A stretch of DNA of 64,000 nt from Candidatus Parcubacteria bacterium (GTDB lineage: Bacteria; Patescibacteriota; Patescibacteriia; UBA1558; GWA2-36-10), in NCBI GenBank assembly GCA_018669975.1, contig JABHSK010000009.1, positions 51,127 through 115,126 on the forward strand, given 5' to 3'. The notes beneath the pieces are model-generated. The model did no database searches, was not told where the DNA came from, and saw nothing but the letters and a program-made list of their open reading frames with translations. Made by a program: the position numbers and the translations under genes. Shown piece after piece: positions 9,626-19,897 of the stretch (position 1 is the stretch's first letter; each line of letters opens with the position of its first letter).

Positions 9626-10162
9626 TTAAAACTTATTTTTTTTGATTTTAAATATATACCCCAAATAATTAAAGAATGGATGAAAAAACAGAGCCATAGC
9701 CACGGCTGATAATAACATATGCCAAGGCAAGTATACATAAAACGACATAAATATGATAGTGCCTATAATCCAATCTATTTGATCAAATGGAAACCAATAT
9801 ACCCCTGGTTTAATTTGGCGGCGGCGTTTAAAAAAACTCCTAATTGCATCCCCAAACAAAGCACCGAATCCCATAAGAAAGCCTAGCAAAAAAACATTGG
9901 TCTGACTATAATCGATTATCAACCAATCTGTCATACTGCCGGTTATCGTAGTCTGCCAATATAAAAAAACCATACACGCCAAAATACCAAAAAAGAAGCC
10001 ACGAATTGTCTTGTGTGGTCCAAAGATAGGCTGATCTTTATATCTTTTATTAAAATCTATCGGATAATTAAGCCACGGCACCCATTTAAATAAAACCGGC
10101 GCCATGTTGGCTACTCCGGCTGGTAGAAAAAACCAAAATATTTTTACTAAATAAATAAACAT
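9626..10162 (-). CDS. small CTP-transferase-1 family membrane protein (CdsA/CarS-like, DUF46-sized, 178 aa)
   Basis: GPHKTIRGF resembles the SPxKTxEGF motif; C-terminal SFFKRRRQIKPG...FDQID resembles a degenerate CdsA/CarS signature; 5 TM helices. Confidence 0.4.
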   Translation of the reverse strand: MFIYLVKIFWFFLPAGVANMAPVLFKWVPWLNYPIDFNKRYKDQPIFGPHKTIRGFFFGILACMVFLYWQTTITGSMTDWLIIDYSQTNVFLLGFLMGFGALFGDAIRSFFKRRRQIKPGVYWFPFDQIDWIIGTIIFMSFYVYLPWHMLLSAVAMALFFHPFFNYLGYIFKIKKNKF

Positions 10163-10175
10163 TCAAATCAAGCTA

Positions 10176-10823
10176 TTAAAAATCTTTAAGGCTTTTCTTC
10201 TTACCCTTTAACTCCTTTTTTATTTTTGCAAAACTAACTACGGTTAATATTATAATCAGAACAGAGAATGCTAATAAAGCAATATTTAAATAATTTGCTC
10301 CTGTGAATGCCCACCATATATATAACGCATAAACCAAACCTTTACTTCTAACCACTAAACGAACGGGGATCTTGAGCCAATATCTAACAATAATAAAGAA
10401 TAGCCAAACCGTATAGAAATAAATATAAAGCAAACCAATATTAGGATCTATCAACCTAAATATACCCAGAGTTAAGACAACAATAAAAATACCTGTGTGA
10501 TCACAAACAGTATCAACTAAATCTCCCTCGGTATCATCCTGTTTAAGTAAACGGGCTAGCCCACCATCTATACCATCAATAAAAACATGTACTACTAAAA
10601 AAATACTAGCTATTTTTGGAGCATCTAAAACAAAATACACAAAACCACCCAAAATAAATATTCCAAAATAACTCAAGTGATTAGCACTAACGTTTATTTT
10701 TTTGAAAAATAAAGCTAGTGGTGAAAAAAATAAATCCCTCCAGCACCTAACTCTTTTATATAGAGTTTGCTCGGTTTCACAATAGTCATCTAAATACTTG
10801 TCTATTTTATGTATTTCGGACAT
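10176..10823 (-). CDS. CDP-alcohol phosphatidyltransferase family protein
   Basis: DGIDGGLARLLKQDDTEGDLVDTVCD matches D-G-x2-A-R-x8-G-x3-D-x3-D; multi-pass membrane protein. Confidence 0.8.
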   Translation of the reverse strand: MSEIHKIDKYLDDYCETEQTLYKRVRCWRDLFFSPLALFFKKINVSANHLSYFGIFILGGFVYFVLDAPKIASIFLVVHVFIDGIDGGLARLLKQDDTEGDLVDTVCDHTGIFIVVLTLGIFRLIDPNIGLLYIYFYTVWLFFIIVRYWLKIPVRLVVRSKGLVYALYIWWAFTGANYLNIALLAFSVLIIILTVVSFAKIKKELKGKKKSLKDF

Positions 10824-10962
10824 AACGCAAAATATTAATATGTATTTATAATACTATTTTTTCTATTTTTATTCAACAAAATATATTAGTATAAAAAAAT
10901 AACTATATAGCACATTAGACTTGTTTCTGTTATAATAATAAATAGATAATTAAAGTTTTAAT

Positions 10963-11733
10963 ATGGATGAGCAAAACAATACCCCTTTAAACAACGTGGC
11001 TACACCAACTGACGCATCAATGCCTGCTAGTGACGCCCCGGTCAACCCCACTTCCATGACTAATAATCAATTAGCCAATCAAGGCGTACCAGCTGAAATA
11101 TCTAATGAAACAGCTACTACACCTTTAGCAGCAGAACCAGCGCCAGTTACCCCCGAAGCAGTTACTCCTGCAAAAACTCAAGAGCAAACCTTTGGTAAGA
11201 GTGAACTTTTAAATGCCAAAGATATATTACTGGACATGCTAGGAATGGATATAGGGAATATGGTTGCCGATTTAGGAGCTGGCGGAGGGTTGTTTACTTT
11301 AACAGCGGCTAGAATAGTTGGGGATCAAGGACAGGTTTATGCCGTTGATATTATAAAAAATAGTTTATCTGAAATAGAATCAAAGGCTAGGATGGCCGGA
11401 CTGTATAATATCAAAACTATATGGAGTAATATAGAAATGGTTGGGGCCACAAAAATTCCCGATGCTTCCCTAGATTATGCTATGTTAGTTAATGTCTTGT
11501 TTCAATCAAAAAAACACTTTGAAATGATGAGCGAAGCTACTCGCCTATTAAAACCAAATGGAAAATTACTAATCGTAGATTGGAGTAATACTAACCCTGG
11601 TTTTGCACCAAATAATGACATGAAAGTTGATAAAGATAGCTTGATAAATAATTCTGCTCAAATAAATTTACTATTAGACAAAGAGTTCAAAGCTGGCGAA
11701 TACCATTTTGGCTTAATTTTCATAAAACAATAA
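10963..11733 (+). CDS. class I SAM-dependent methyltransferase with low-complexity Pro/Thr/Ala-rich N-terminal region
   Basis: VADLGAGGGLFT motif I, LLKPNGKLLIVDW; TGn-TATAAT extended -10 at about 10930-10940. Confidence 0.65.
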   Translation: MDEQNNTPLNNVATPTDASMPASDAPVNPTSMTNNQLANQGVPAEISNETATTPLAAEPAPVTPEAVTPAKTQEQTFGKSELLNAKDILLDMLGMDIGNMVADLGAGGGLFTLTAARIVGDQGQVYAVDIIKNSLSEIESKARMAGLYNIKTIWSNIEMVGATKIPDASLDYAMLVNVLFQSKKHFEMMSEATRLLKPNGKLLIVDWSNTNPGFAPNNDMKVDKDSLINNSAQINLLLDKEFKAGEYHFGLIFIKQ

Positions 11734-11772
11734 AATTTATACTAATGATTACCAACCTCGCTCTCAGCGGGG

Positions 11773-12237
11773 TTGACTTTATTTTACGAATTATTTAACA
11801 TAGAAATACTTATAAAATATAATTTTATGGATTTATCAAAACTTTTGAATTTCGAATACTTATTTGCACGTTTTCCTGAAGCAGGATTTTCTTGGCCTGT
11901 CAGAATCGGTCTATTGATTATTTTTGTTGGCGCCATTATAGTAGCCCTGTATACACATAAAAAACTTAAACAAAATTTGGGTGTGGCTGGAAAAGCTTGG
12001 AAAAGATTACAAGTTTGGAGCTGGTCAGTTGGACTCGTTGGTATTATGCTCGTTTATTTCAGAGAAGTAAGGGCTCTATATCTTAGTTCCAGGTTCTGGT
12101 TAATCCTCTGGTTACTAGTATCTGTAGTGTGGTTAATCTATATCATCGCAAAATGGAAAAAAGATGTCCCTAATAAAGAGACCCAAGAAAAGCATAAACA
12201 AGAATATTCTAAATGGTTACCTAAACAAAATAAATAA
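11773..12237 (+). CDS. small membrane protein, function unknown (alternative start ATG at 11827)
   Basis: Three predicted TM helices and a Lys-rich C-terminus. Confidence 0.35.
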   Translation: MTLFYELFNIEILIKYNFMDLSKLLNFEYLFARFPEAGFSWPVRIGLLIIFVGAIIVALYTHKKLKQNLGVAGKAWKRLQVWSWSVGLVGIMLVYFREVRALYLSSRFWLILWLLVSVVWLIYIIAKWKKDVPNKETQEKHKQEYSKWLPKQNK

Positions 12238-12276
12238 TTTTTACAATATAAACAGGCGAAATTTTTAGCCTGTTTT

Positions 12277-12618
12277 ATGTTTAGAAAAAAATTAGGAAAT
12301 GAAGGTGAGGAAATTGCCGCACAATACTATAAAAGCCTAGGTTGGCAGGTCATAGCCCAAAATTTTTGGACTCGTTATGGTGAGTTGGATTTGATATTGA
12401 AAAAAAATAAACAAATCTTGTTGGTAGAAGTTAAGACTAGGAGTAATTATAATTTTGGCTGGGCAGAAGAAAGCATAAATGAACAAAAAATACTAAGAAT
12501 GCAAGAGTCTTTCTACATTTTTAGTGAAGAATTTTCCTTTGGGGACACCTATTCAATTGAAATATGCTTGATTTATAAACGTGAAAATAAATTTTCCATA
12601 AAAAGATTAACCATATAA
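12277..12618 (+). CDS. YraN/UPF0102-family endonuclease-like protein
   Basis: GEEIAAQYYKSLGWQVIAQNFWTRYGELDLI...LVEVKTRS matches UPF0102. Confidence 0.7.
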   Translation: MFRKKLGNEGEEIAAQYYKSLGWQVIAQNFWTRYGELDLILKKNKQILLVEVKTRSNYNFGWAEESINEQKILRMQESFYIFSEEFSFGDTYSIEICLIYKRENKFSIKRLTI

Positions 12619-12623
12619 ATAGG

Positions 12624-12652
12624 TTGACTAATTGTACAAAAAACTGTATAGT
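12624..12652 (+). promoter_or_regulatory. sigma70-like promoter (TTGACT, 17 nt spacer, TATAGT) upstream of nusA
   Basis: -35 at 12624-12629, -10 at 12647-12652. Confidence 0.4.
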
Positions 12653-12712
12653 GTAAGAAGTTAAGCTAGTTACTCTGTAAACTAGCTTATTTTTATAAAT
12701 TAATATTGATTT

Positions 12713-14122
12713 ATGGCTACTGACAAAACCTTGGCCACTGCTATCAAACAGATTTGTGATGAAAAAAATCTGTCTATGGAAGCAGTAATCGGCGCTATAG
12801 AAGCAGCCCTAGCTGCTGCCTATAGAAAAGAATTCGGCGAAAAAGATCAAAACATCAAAGTATTATTTAATGCGGACAATGGCCAAACCGCTGTTTTTGA
12901 TGTTAAGACTGTCGTAGAAGACGTTGATCTTGAAGAGCAAGAAAAAATGCTAGAAGAATTAAGAGAAAGAAAAGAAGCAGGTGAAGAAATAGACGAGGAA
13001 GAGCTAATAAAGAAATTTAATCCTCGTACTGAACTTATGTTTTCTGAAGCTGAAGAAATCAGCAAAACCTACAAGGTTGGTGATATTATCGAGACCAAAC
13101 TTGAGGTGCCAGAAGAATATGGACGCATGGCTGCTCAAACTGCTAAGCAGGTAATTATTCAAAGGTTGCGTGAGGCCGAAAGAGATCACATCTTTAATGA
13201 ATACAAAGATAGAGAGGGTGAGCTAATACTAGGAACCATTCAACGTCGTGAGGGTCGTAGATATATTGTTGACCTGGGTCAAGCCAATGGCATTCTACCG
13301 CCAGAAGAACAAATTCGTAATGAAGGATATAATATCGGTACTCGACTAAATTTCTTTATTTATGAAGTAAAGGTTGGTAATAAGGGTCCTGAAATAATTT
13401 TATCGCGTACTCATCCAGAAATTGTCAAAGAGTTATTCGCCACTGAAGTGCCTGAAATTGCTGCTGGTTCAGTAGAGATCAAGGCTATTTCTAGAGAAGC
13501 TGGCGCACGCTCTAAAATTGCTGTGACAGCCAATGAAGAAAATATTGATCCAGTTGGATCATGTGTTGGCCAAAAAGGTGCTAGAGTACAAACCGTTATT
13601 AATGAACTAGGTGGTGAAAAAATAGACATTATTGAATGGGATGAAGATGAAAAGGCTTTTATCTCTAATGCTCTAAGCCCAGCCGAAATAGCTGACATAG
13701 ATCTTGATGAAGAGGAAAAAACTGCCTCTGTTAAGGTTAATGAAGATCAGCTTTCACTAGCCATTGGTAGGGGTGGGCAAAATGCTCGTTTAGCTGCTAA
13801 ACTAACTGGTTGGAAAATAGACATTGTATCCAATGAAACTGGTGATAAAATTAACGACAAAGGAGAAAACATACCAGAAAAAGATGAGGATGTAAAAGAA
13901 GATAAAGAGGAGAAAAAACCAGCTAAGAAAAAAGCTACTTCTAAAAAAACAGCTGATAAAGATGAAGACATAAAAGAAGACAAGGAAGAAAAGAAAAAAG
14001 AGAAAGAAGCTGTAAAAGAAGATAAAGAGGAGAAAAAACCAGCTAAGAAAAAAGCTACTTCTAAAAAAACAGCTGATAAAGATGTTAAAAAAACGAGTAA
14101 AAAGAAAACTACTAAAAAATAA
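12713..14122 (+). CDS. nusA: transcription termination/antitermination factor NusA with a lysine-rich repetitive C-terminal tail
   Basis: N-terminal domain, S1 domain (GELILGTIQRREGRRYIVDLG), two KH domains (VGSCVGQKGARVQTVINELGGEKIDII); last 95 aa are KEDKEEKKPAKKKATSKKTADKD repeats. Confidence 0.9.
   Translation: MATDKTLATAIKQICDEKNLSMEAVIGAIEAALAAAYRKEFGEKDQNIKVLFNADNGQTAVFDVKTVVEDVDLEEQEKMLEELRERKEAGEEIDEEELIKKFNPRTELMFSEAEEISKTYKVGDIIETKLEVPEEYGRMAAQTAKQVIIQRLREAERDHIFNEYKDREGELILGTIQRREGRRYIVDLGQANGILPPEEQIRNEGYNIGTRLNFFIYEVKVGNKGPEIILSRTHPEIVKELFATEVPEIAAGSVEIKAISREAGARSKIAVTANEENIDPVGSCVGQKGARVQTVINELGGEKIDIIEWDEDEKAFISNALSPAEIADIDLDEEEKTASVKVNEDQLSLAIGRGGQNARLAAKLTGWKIDIVSNETGDKINDKGENIPEKDEDVKEDKEEKKPAKKKATSKKTADKDEDIKEDKEEKKKEKEAVKEDKEEKKPAKKKATSKKTADKDVKKTSKKKTTKK
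13891..14084 (+). repeat. tandem direct repeat: identical 74-nt unit at 13891-13964 and 14011-14084 (period 120 nt) inside the nusA 3' end
   Basis: tgtaaaagaagataaagaggagaaaaaaccagctaagaaaaaagctacttctaaaaaaacagctgataaagatg occurs twice. Confidence 0.9.
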
Positions 14123-14149
14123 CTTAATATTTATTAATAATTCAACATT

Positions 14150-16207
14150 ATGCTAGATGTAAAACTATTAGCTATCTTAGCTGCCATTATCTCTATCGTT
14201 TTTGGTGTTGTATTGATCAAAAAAATACTTAAAGCACCAAGCGGTAATGACAAAATGAAAGAAATAGCCAATGCTATTCAGGAAGGCGCTAAAGCTTATT
14301 TAACTAGACAATATAAAACTATTGCTTATTTAGCAGTGGTTATATTTATTATCTTGGGATTTGCCACTCAAGATTGGATTACTGCCGTAGCCTTTTTGAT
14401 AGGTGCTATTCTATCTGCTGCTGCTGGCATCATTGGCATGAACGTTTCTGTTAGAGCTAATGTACGTACAGCTGAAGCAGCCCGAAAAGGCATTCAACCA
14501 GCCATGAACCTAGCTGTATTAGGTGGCTCTGTCACTGGCATGCTAGTAGTCGGCTTGGCACTCCTTGGAGTAGCTGGTATGTATGCCCTGCCTTTTGTTG
14601 AGGTGCATCATTTAATAGGCCTGGGTTTTGGTGGCTCTCTAATCTCTGTTTTTGCTAGATTAGGTGGTGGTATCTTCACCAAAGCAGCTGACGTTGGCGC
14701 CGATTTAGTCGGAAAAGTGGAGGCAGGTATTCCTGAAGATGACCCTAGAAACCCGGCTGTTATTGCTGACAATGTAGGTGACAATGTAGGTGACTGTGCT
14801 GGTATGGCCGCTGACCTATTTGAAACATATGCTGTTACGCTAGTAGCTGCTATGCTATTGGGTGGTCTAACCTATAAAACTATAGACGGTATGCCTATGG
14901 AAAATGCTGTACTTTATCCCTTGGCTCTAGGAGCTGTGGCTATTATCACCTCACTAATCGGTTTATTGTTTATCAAACTTGATAAGAAAAAAAGTGTCGA
15001 GGAAATAGAAAAAAATGACAGCATCATGAAGGCTTTATACAAAGGTTTAATTGCTGCTGGATTATTAACCGTAATTGGATTCTATTTTGTCACTAAAAAT
15101 ATGATGGACAGTCTAGTTATTACTAAATATATGGATATTTATTATGCTAGTTTAGTTGGGCTAGGTGTAACTGGATTCATCGTTTGGTTAACTGAATACT
15201 ATACTTCTACAAAGTATAAACCTGTACAGTCAATTGCCAAGGCCTCTGAAACAGGACATGGCACAAATATCATACAAGGATTGGCTATTAGTATGAAAGC
15301 TACCGTTTGGCCAGTATTAGTTATTGTAGCTGGTATTATTGCTGCTTATTATTTTGCTGACTTATATGGTATTGCTGTAGCTGCTATGAGTATGCTTTCC
15401 CTAGCTGGTATTATTGTCACTATTGATGCCTATGGACCAATTACTGATAACGCTGGCGGTATTGCTGAAATGGCTGAAATGCCAGAAGAGGTTAGAAAAA
15501 TCACTGACCCCCTAGATGCGGTTGGCAACACTACCAAGGCTGTTACCAAGGGCTACGCCATTGCTTCTGCTGCTTTAGCTGCGCTAGTATTATTTGCGGC
15601 TTACACTGAAGAGTTAGCTGCCGTAGGAAGAAACGCAGTCTTTGCCCTAGACAATCCTTACGTATTAGCTGGATTGTTTATTGGTGGACTATTGCCGTAC
15701 ATTTTCGGTGCTCTATCCATGGAGGCTGTCGGAAAAACTGCTGGGTACATTGTTAAAGAAGTAAGGAGACAATTTAAAGAAAAGCCTGGTATTATGGATG
15801 GTACAGAAAAACCAGATTATACAGCTGCTGTAGATATCGTCACCAAAGGCGCCCTTAAACAAATGATTGTGCCTGCATTGATACCCGTGGTGGTTCCTAT
15901 CTTGATTATTGTAGTATTCGGCAAAGATAATGGACTAGTTGCGTTAGGTGGTGCTCTAGTAGGAAGTATTGTCACTGGTATTTTTATGGCCTTATCAATG
16001 ACTTCTGGTGGTGGTGCTTGGGATAATGCTAAGAAATACATTGAAAGTGGTAATCATGGTGGCAAGGGATCTGAGGCTCACAAGGCTGCTATCACTGGAG
16101 ATACTGTTGGTGATCCTTATAAAGATACCGCTGGCCCAGCCATTAATCCAATGATTAAAATTCTTAATGTTGTAGCCTTACTATTAATAGCAATATTGTT
16201 TAAATAA
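14150..16207 (+). CDS. hppA: membrane-bound proton/sodium-translocating pyrophosphatase
   Basis: [42 protein letters not shown] and other signature motifs; 16 TM helices. Confidence 0.95.
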   Translation: MLDVKLLAILAAIISIVFGVVLIKKILKAPSGNDKMKEIANAIQEGAKAYLTRQYKTIAYLAVVIFIILGFATQDWITAVAFLIGAILSAAAGIIGMNVSVRANVRTAEAARKGIQPAMNLAVLGGSVTGMLVVGLALLGVAGMYALPFVEVHHLIGLGFGGSLISVFARLGGGIFTKAADVGADLVGKVEAGIPEDDPRNPAVIADNVGDNVGDCAGMAADLFETYAVTLVAAMLLGGLTYKTIDGMPMENAVLYPLALGAVAIITSLIGLLFIKLDKKKSVEEIEKNDSIMKALYKGLIAAGLLTVIGFYFVTKNMMDSLVITKYMDIYYASLVGLGVTGFIVWLTEYYTSTKYKPVQSIAKASETGHGTNIIQGLAISMKATVWPVLVIVAGIIAAYYFADLYGIAVAAMSMLSLAGIIVTIDAYGPITDNAGGIAEMAEMPEEVRKITDPLDAVGNTTKAVTKGYAIASAALAALVLFAAYTEELAAVGRNAVFALDNPYVLAGLFIGGLLPYIFGALSMEAVGKTAGYIVKEVRRQFKEKPGIMDGTEKPDYTAAVDIVTKGALKQMIVPALIPVVVPILIIVVFGKDNGLVALGGALVGSIVTGIFMALSMTSGGGAWDNAKKYIESGNHGGKGSEAHKAAITGDTVGDPYKDTAGPAINPMIKILNVVALLLIAILFK

Positions 16208-16212
16208 AAAAT

Positions 16213-17493
16213 ATGCAAATAACTAAAAAAGATCTAGGAAAAGGAGAGGTAGAACTAACTATTGAAGTATCACTAGAAGAATTGAAACCTCATTTGGAAA
16301 ATGCCGCTATTTCTCTTTCTAAAAAACATAAGGTTCCTGGTTTTCGACCAGGCAAGGCACCATTGGATTTGATCAAAAACAAATTCGGCGACATGGCGCT
16401 ATATCAAGAAGCTCTTGATGCTGCTATTTCAGATAGTTTTTATAAAGCAGTTACTAGAGAAAAATTACAAACCGTTGGGCAACCAAAAATCAATGTTGAT
16501 AAAATGGCTCCTGACAATCCTTTAATTTATAAAGCTGTAGTAGCCTTACTGCCCAAAGTAACTCTTGGTGAGTGGCAGAAAATCTCTGTCACCAAAAAAG
16601 AAGTTAAAGCAGAAGATAGCGACATCAACAAAACCCTCGAACAACTACAGACCATGAATGTCAAAGAAACTGTAGCGGAACGAGTTGCCAAAAAAGGCGA
16701 TAAAGTTGAACTTGATTTCGAAGTTTATTTAGACAAAGTAATTATTGAGGGAGGTAAAAATCCTAAATATCCAATCGTGATTGGTGAAAGTAAAATGATA
16801 CCTGGCTTTGAAGAACACATTATTGGTCTTAAGACTGGAGACAAAAAAGAATTTGAATTAAAATTTCCTGCTAAATACTTTCAAAATAATCTAGCTGGTA
16901 AACTAGCCACCTTCAAAATAAAAGTTTTACAAGTTTTTGATCGTGAATTACCAAAAATAGACGATGGATTTGCTAAAGGTGTAGGCTTTGAAGATTTAGC
17001 TAAACTAAAAAAACAACTAGTAGACAACATCACTCAAGATAAACAATCCAGAGAAAAACAAAGGGTGGAGAGTGAGTCTATTCAAGAAATAGTTAAGACG
17101 TCTGAATTTAGCGATCTGCCAGAATTACTCATAGATAATGAAATTCACAAAATGATTCATGAGCTGGAGCACAATATCACCAGCCAGGGCATGGACATGG
17201 CCGGATACCTAAAATCAATCAACAAGACTCATGATGATCTACATAAGGATTTTAGAGTGCAAGCCACTGAAAGGGTTAAGGCGGCACTAGTGTTACGCCA
17301 ACTAGCTACTGAAGAAAAAATCACTGCCGATGACAAAGAAGTGGAGGCTGAAATTGCTAAACAAAAAGAAACCTATAAAGACAACAAGCAGGCCTTGCAA
17401 AACATCGAAAATACCGGCCACAAACAACATATGGCCAATATGATAACCAACCAAAAAATCATTGAACTGATTGCTAAAACTGTTATAAAATAA
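16213..17493 (+). CDS. tig: trigger factor
   Basis: N-terminal ribosome-binding region with GFRPGKAP, central PPIase-like domain, C-terminal arm; 426 aa. Confidence 0.9.
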   Translation: MQITKKDLGKGEVELTIEVSLEELKPHLENAAISLSKKHKVPGFRPGKAPLDLIKNKFGDMALYQEALDAAISDSFYKAVTREKLQTVGQPKINVDKMAPDNPLIYKAVVALLPKVTLGEWQKISVTKKEVKAEDSDINKTLEQLQTMNVKETVAERVAKKGDKVELDFEVYLDKVIIEGGKNPKYPIVIGESKMIPGFEEHIIGLKTGDKKEFELKFPAKYFQNNLAGKLATFKIKVLQVFDRELPKIDDGFAKGVGFEDLAKLKKQLVDNITQDKQSREKQRVESESIQEIVKTSEFSDLPELLIDNEIHKMIHELEHNITSQGMDMAGYLKSINKTHDDLHKDFRVQATERVKAALVLRQLATEEKITADDKEVEAEIAKQKETYKDNKQALQNIENTGHKQHMANMITNQKIIELIAKTVIK

Positions 17494-17509
17494 ATCTATC
17501 ATATCCTTG

Positions 17510-17541
17510 AAAACCACCTGAATAGGTGGTTTTCTTTTTGA
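17510..17541 (+). terminator. intrinsic terminator after tig
   Basis: aaaaccacctgaataggtggttttctttttg. Confidence 0.6.
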
Positions 17542-17585
17542 ATCTTTTTCTGCTAAGATGAAAGAATCAATAAAAAAATAATCTT

Positions 17586-18803
17586 ATGCAAAAAGTAACT
17601 CCTCTGGCAGACAAACTAAGGCCTGATGAATTCAAAAAATTCTTTGGGCAGGAACACCTTTTGAATGAGGGTAAGATTCTTGATCAAATGATTAAGAGTC
17701 AAAGCCTGAGCTCCATTATTTTTTGGGGTCCTCCAGGCGTAGGTAAAACTACCCTAGCTCATGTGATGAGTCAGCAGCTCAAGGCTAAATTTATTTCTAG
17801 TAGCGCTGTGTTGATTGGTGTACCCGAAATAAAAAAAATTGCGGACAATGCTCGACAAGATGCTAATTTTCTTAAACAGAAGACAATTTTGTTTTTAGAT
17901 GAAATCCATCGTTTCAATAAAGCTCAACAGGATGTATTGCTACCCTATGTAGAGCAAGGCATTTTAACCTTAATTGGTGCTACCACAGAGAACCCTTCTT
18001 TTTCTATCAACTCTGCCCTCTTGTCACGCTGCAGGGTTTTGATTTTAAATTCTTTAGAAGAATCAGATCTTAAAAAAATTCTAAAATACGCTCTAAGTGA
18101 TAAAAAAAACGGTCTCGGCAATAAAAAATTAAACTTAAATAAAACAGCTGAAAAATTATTACTAAGTTTTGCTGAAGGAGATGCGCGTAGACTTTTAACT
18201 GCTATAGAAATTGCCAGCTACGGAAAAGAAAGAGTTACTCTAAATGAAAAAAATATCCGCGAGGCAATTCAAAGTTCAGTACTATATTACGATAAACACG
18301 GTGAAGAACATTACAACGTCATTTCAGCCCTACATAAATGTCTACGTGACTCAGATGCTGACGCTGCCCTCTACTGGCTAGCTAGAATGCTAGAAGCTGG
18401 CGAAGATCCTCTCTATGTGGCTAGACGTTTAATACGCTTTGCCTCAGAAGATGTGGGTATGGCAGATTTTCGGGCTTTATTAATAACCATGGCTGCTAAA
18501 GACACCGTTCATTTCGTGGGTATGCCAGAAGCTAAATTAGCTTTGGCGCAAGCTGTTGTATACCTAGCCCAGGCCAAAAAATCAAATAAGCTCTACACCG
18601 CTTATTCTCAAGCTGCCAAAGATGCTCAATCCACTAGTCATTTAGGTGTACCTCTAGTATTACGAAATGCTCCCACTAAATTAATGAAAGAACTAGCCTA
18701 TGGTAAGGGTTATAAATATGCTCCTAATAGTACTGAAAAGGAGATTTCTAAACAACAACATTGGCCTGATAAAATGGAACCTAAAAAATATTACTCTGAT
18801 TGA
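17586..18803 (+). CDS. rarA: replication-associated recombination protein A (AAA+ ATPase)
   Basis: Walker A GPPGVGKTT, Walker B LFLDEIHRFNK, MgsA C-terminal domain. Confidence 0.9.
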   Translation: MQKVTPLADKLRPDEFKKFFGQEHLLNEGKILDQMIKSQSLSSIIFWGPPGVGKTTLAHVMSQQLKAKFISSSAVLIGVPEIKKIADNARQDANFLKQKTILFLDEIHRFNKAQQDVLLPYVEQGILTLIGATTENPSFSINSALLSRCRVLILNSLEESDLKKILKYALSDKKNGLGNKKLNLNKTAEKLLLSFAEGDARRLLTAIEIASYGKERVTLNEKNIREAIQSSVLYYDKHGEEHYNVISALHKCLRDSDADAALYWLARMLEAGEDPLYVARRLIRFASEDVGMADFRALLITMAAKDTVHFVGMPEAKLALAQAVVYLAQAKKSNKLYTAYSQAAKDAQSTSHLGVPLVLRNAPTKLMKELAYGKGYKYAPNSTEKEISKQQHWPDKMEPKKYYSD

Positions 18804-19630
18804 TAAAATGTGATATAATGAAGCTAATATTATGGAAATTTATGTATAATAAAGAATTAAAAATCACAAAGCAGGTTGCTAAGGAAGCCGGGGAATTCTT
18901 GCGCAAAGAATTTTTACTATGGAAAAGAGGAAATGCCAGATATAAAAAACATATGGAACTGGTGACGTGGGTAGATGAAAAAGCTAATAAAATTATTTTA
19001 TCAAAATTAAAGAAGCATTTTCCAAAATACGCAATACTGTCTGAGGAAAGTGGCTTACAAGATAAGCCAAGTGATTATTCTTGGGTAGTTGATCCATTAG
19101 ACGGTACTACAAACTTTACTATCCATCACCCCTTGTTTGCTACATCTATTAGTTTATTTTACAAAAATGAAGTAGTGATGGCTGTCAGTTATCTACCAGT
19201 ATTAAAAGAAATGTATTGGGCCAGTAAAGATGGTGGCGTTTATAAAAACAATGAGAAAATCCATGTATCCTCTAAGTCTGCGTTGAGGGAGTCTATTATT
19301 TCTTATAATCATGGTCAGGGACGAATAAATACTAAAAAATCTTTTAGAATTTTTGAACACTTCCAACAAAAGGCTCTCAAGTGTCGTAATTTTCACTGCA
19401 CTAGCATGCAAACTGCTATGGTTGCAGCTGGACACATTGATGGCTACGCTGTCTCTGGGGCCAAGCTATGGGATGTAGCTGCGGGAATGTTATTTATTAA
19501 AGAGGCCGGTGGAGTTGTAACTGACTGGAAAAACAAACCATGGAGTAGAAAATCAAAAACTGTGTTAGCTGCAAATCCAAAACTACACAAAATATACTTA
19601 CGGGAGTTAAAAAAGATTGGACTTGCCTAA
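18800..19630 (+). CDS. inositol monophosphatase family protein (SuhB-like)
   Basis: WVVDPLDGTTNF motif; ATGA overlap with the rarA stop. Confidence 0.8.
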   Translation: MIKCDIMKLILWKFMYNKELKITKQVAKEAGEFLRKEFLLWKRGNARYKKHMELVTWVDEKANKIILSKLKKHFPKYAILSEESGLQDKPSDYSWVVDPLDGTTNFTIHHPLFATSISLFYKNEVVMAVSYLPVLKEMYWASKDGGVYKNNEKIHVSSKSALRESIISYNHGQGRINTKKSFRIFEHFQQKALKCRNFHCTSMQTAMVAAGHIDGYAVSGAKLWDVAAGMLFIKEAGGVVTDWKNKPWSRKSKTVLAANPKLHKIYLRELKKIGLA

Positions 19631-19661
19631 AATATGAATGTTTGCTAAATTGTTTATCCGT

Positions 19662-19736
<75 letters not shown>

Positions 19737-19743
19737 AATAAAA

Positions 19744-19771
19744 ACGAGCTAAAAAACAGCTCGATTTTTTT
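19744..19771 (+). terminator. intrinsic terminator after tRNA-Cys
   Basis: cgagctaaaaaacagctcg hairpin followed by a T7 run. Confidence 0.5.
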
Positions 19772-19807
19772 ATATAAAAAAACAGCCCAAAAGCTGTTAA
19801 AAAATCT

Positions 19808-19893
19808 GGTACCGGCGATCGGACTTGAACCGATACGGCCTTACGGCCACAGGATTTTAAGTCCTGCGTGTCTACCAATTCCACCACGCCGGC
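19808..19893 (-). tRNA. tRNA-Leu (anticodon TAA), long variable arm
   Basis: Reverse complement GCCGGCGTGGTGGAATTGGTAGACACGCAGGACTTAAAATCCTG...GGTTCAAGTCCGATCGCCGGTACCA; hairpin plus T-run terminator at 19773-19806 on the minus strand. Confidence 0.85.
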
Positions 19894-19897
19894 ATAC

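Noticed and set aside
14740-14800. 12-nt tandem duplication gacaatgtaggt x2 in the H+-PPase gene
   Set aside because: It encodes the canonical DNVGDNVGD motif of membrane pyrophosphatases, so it is not a repeat expansion.
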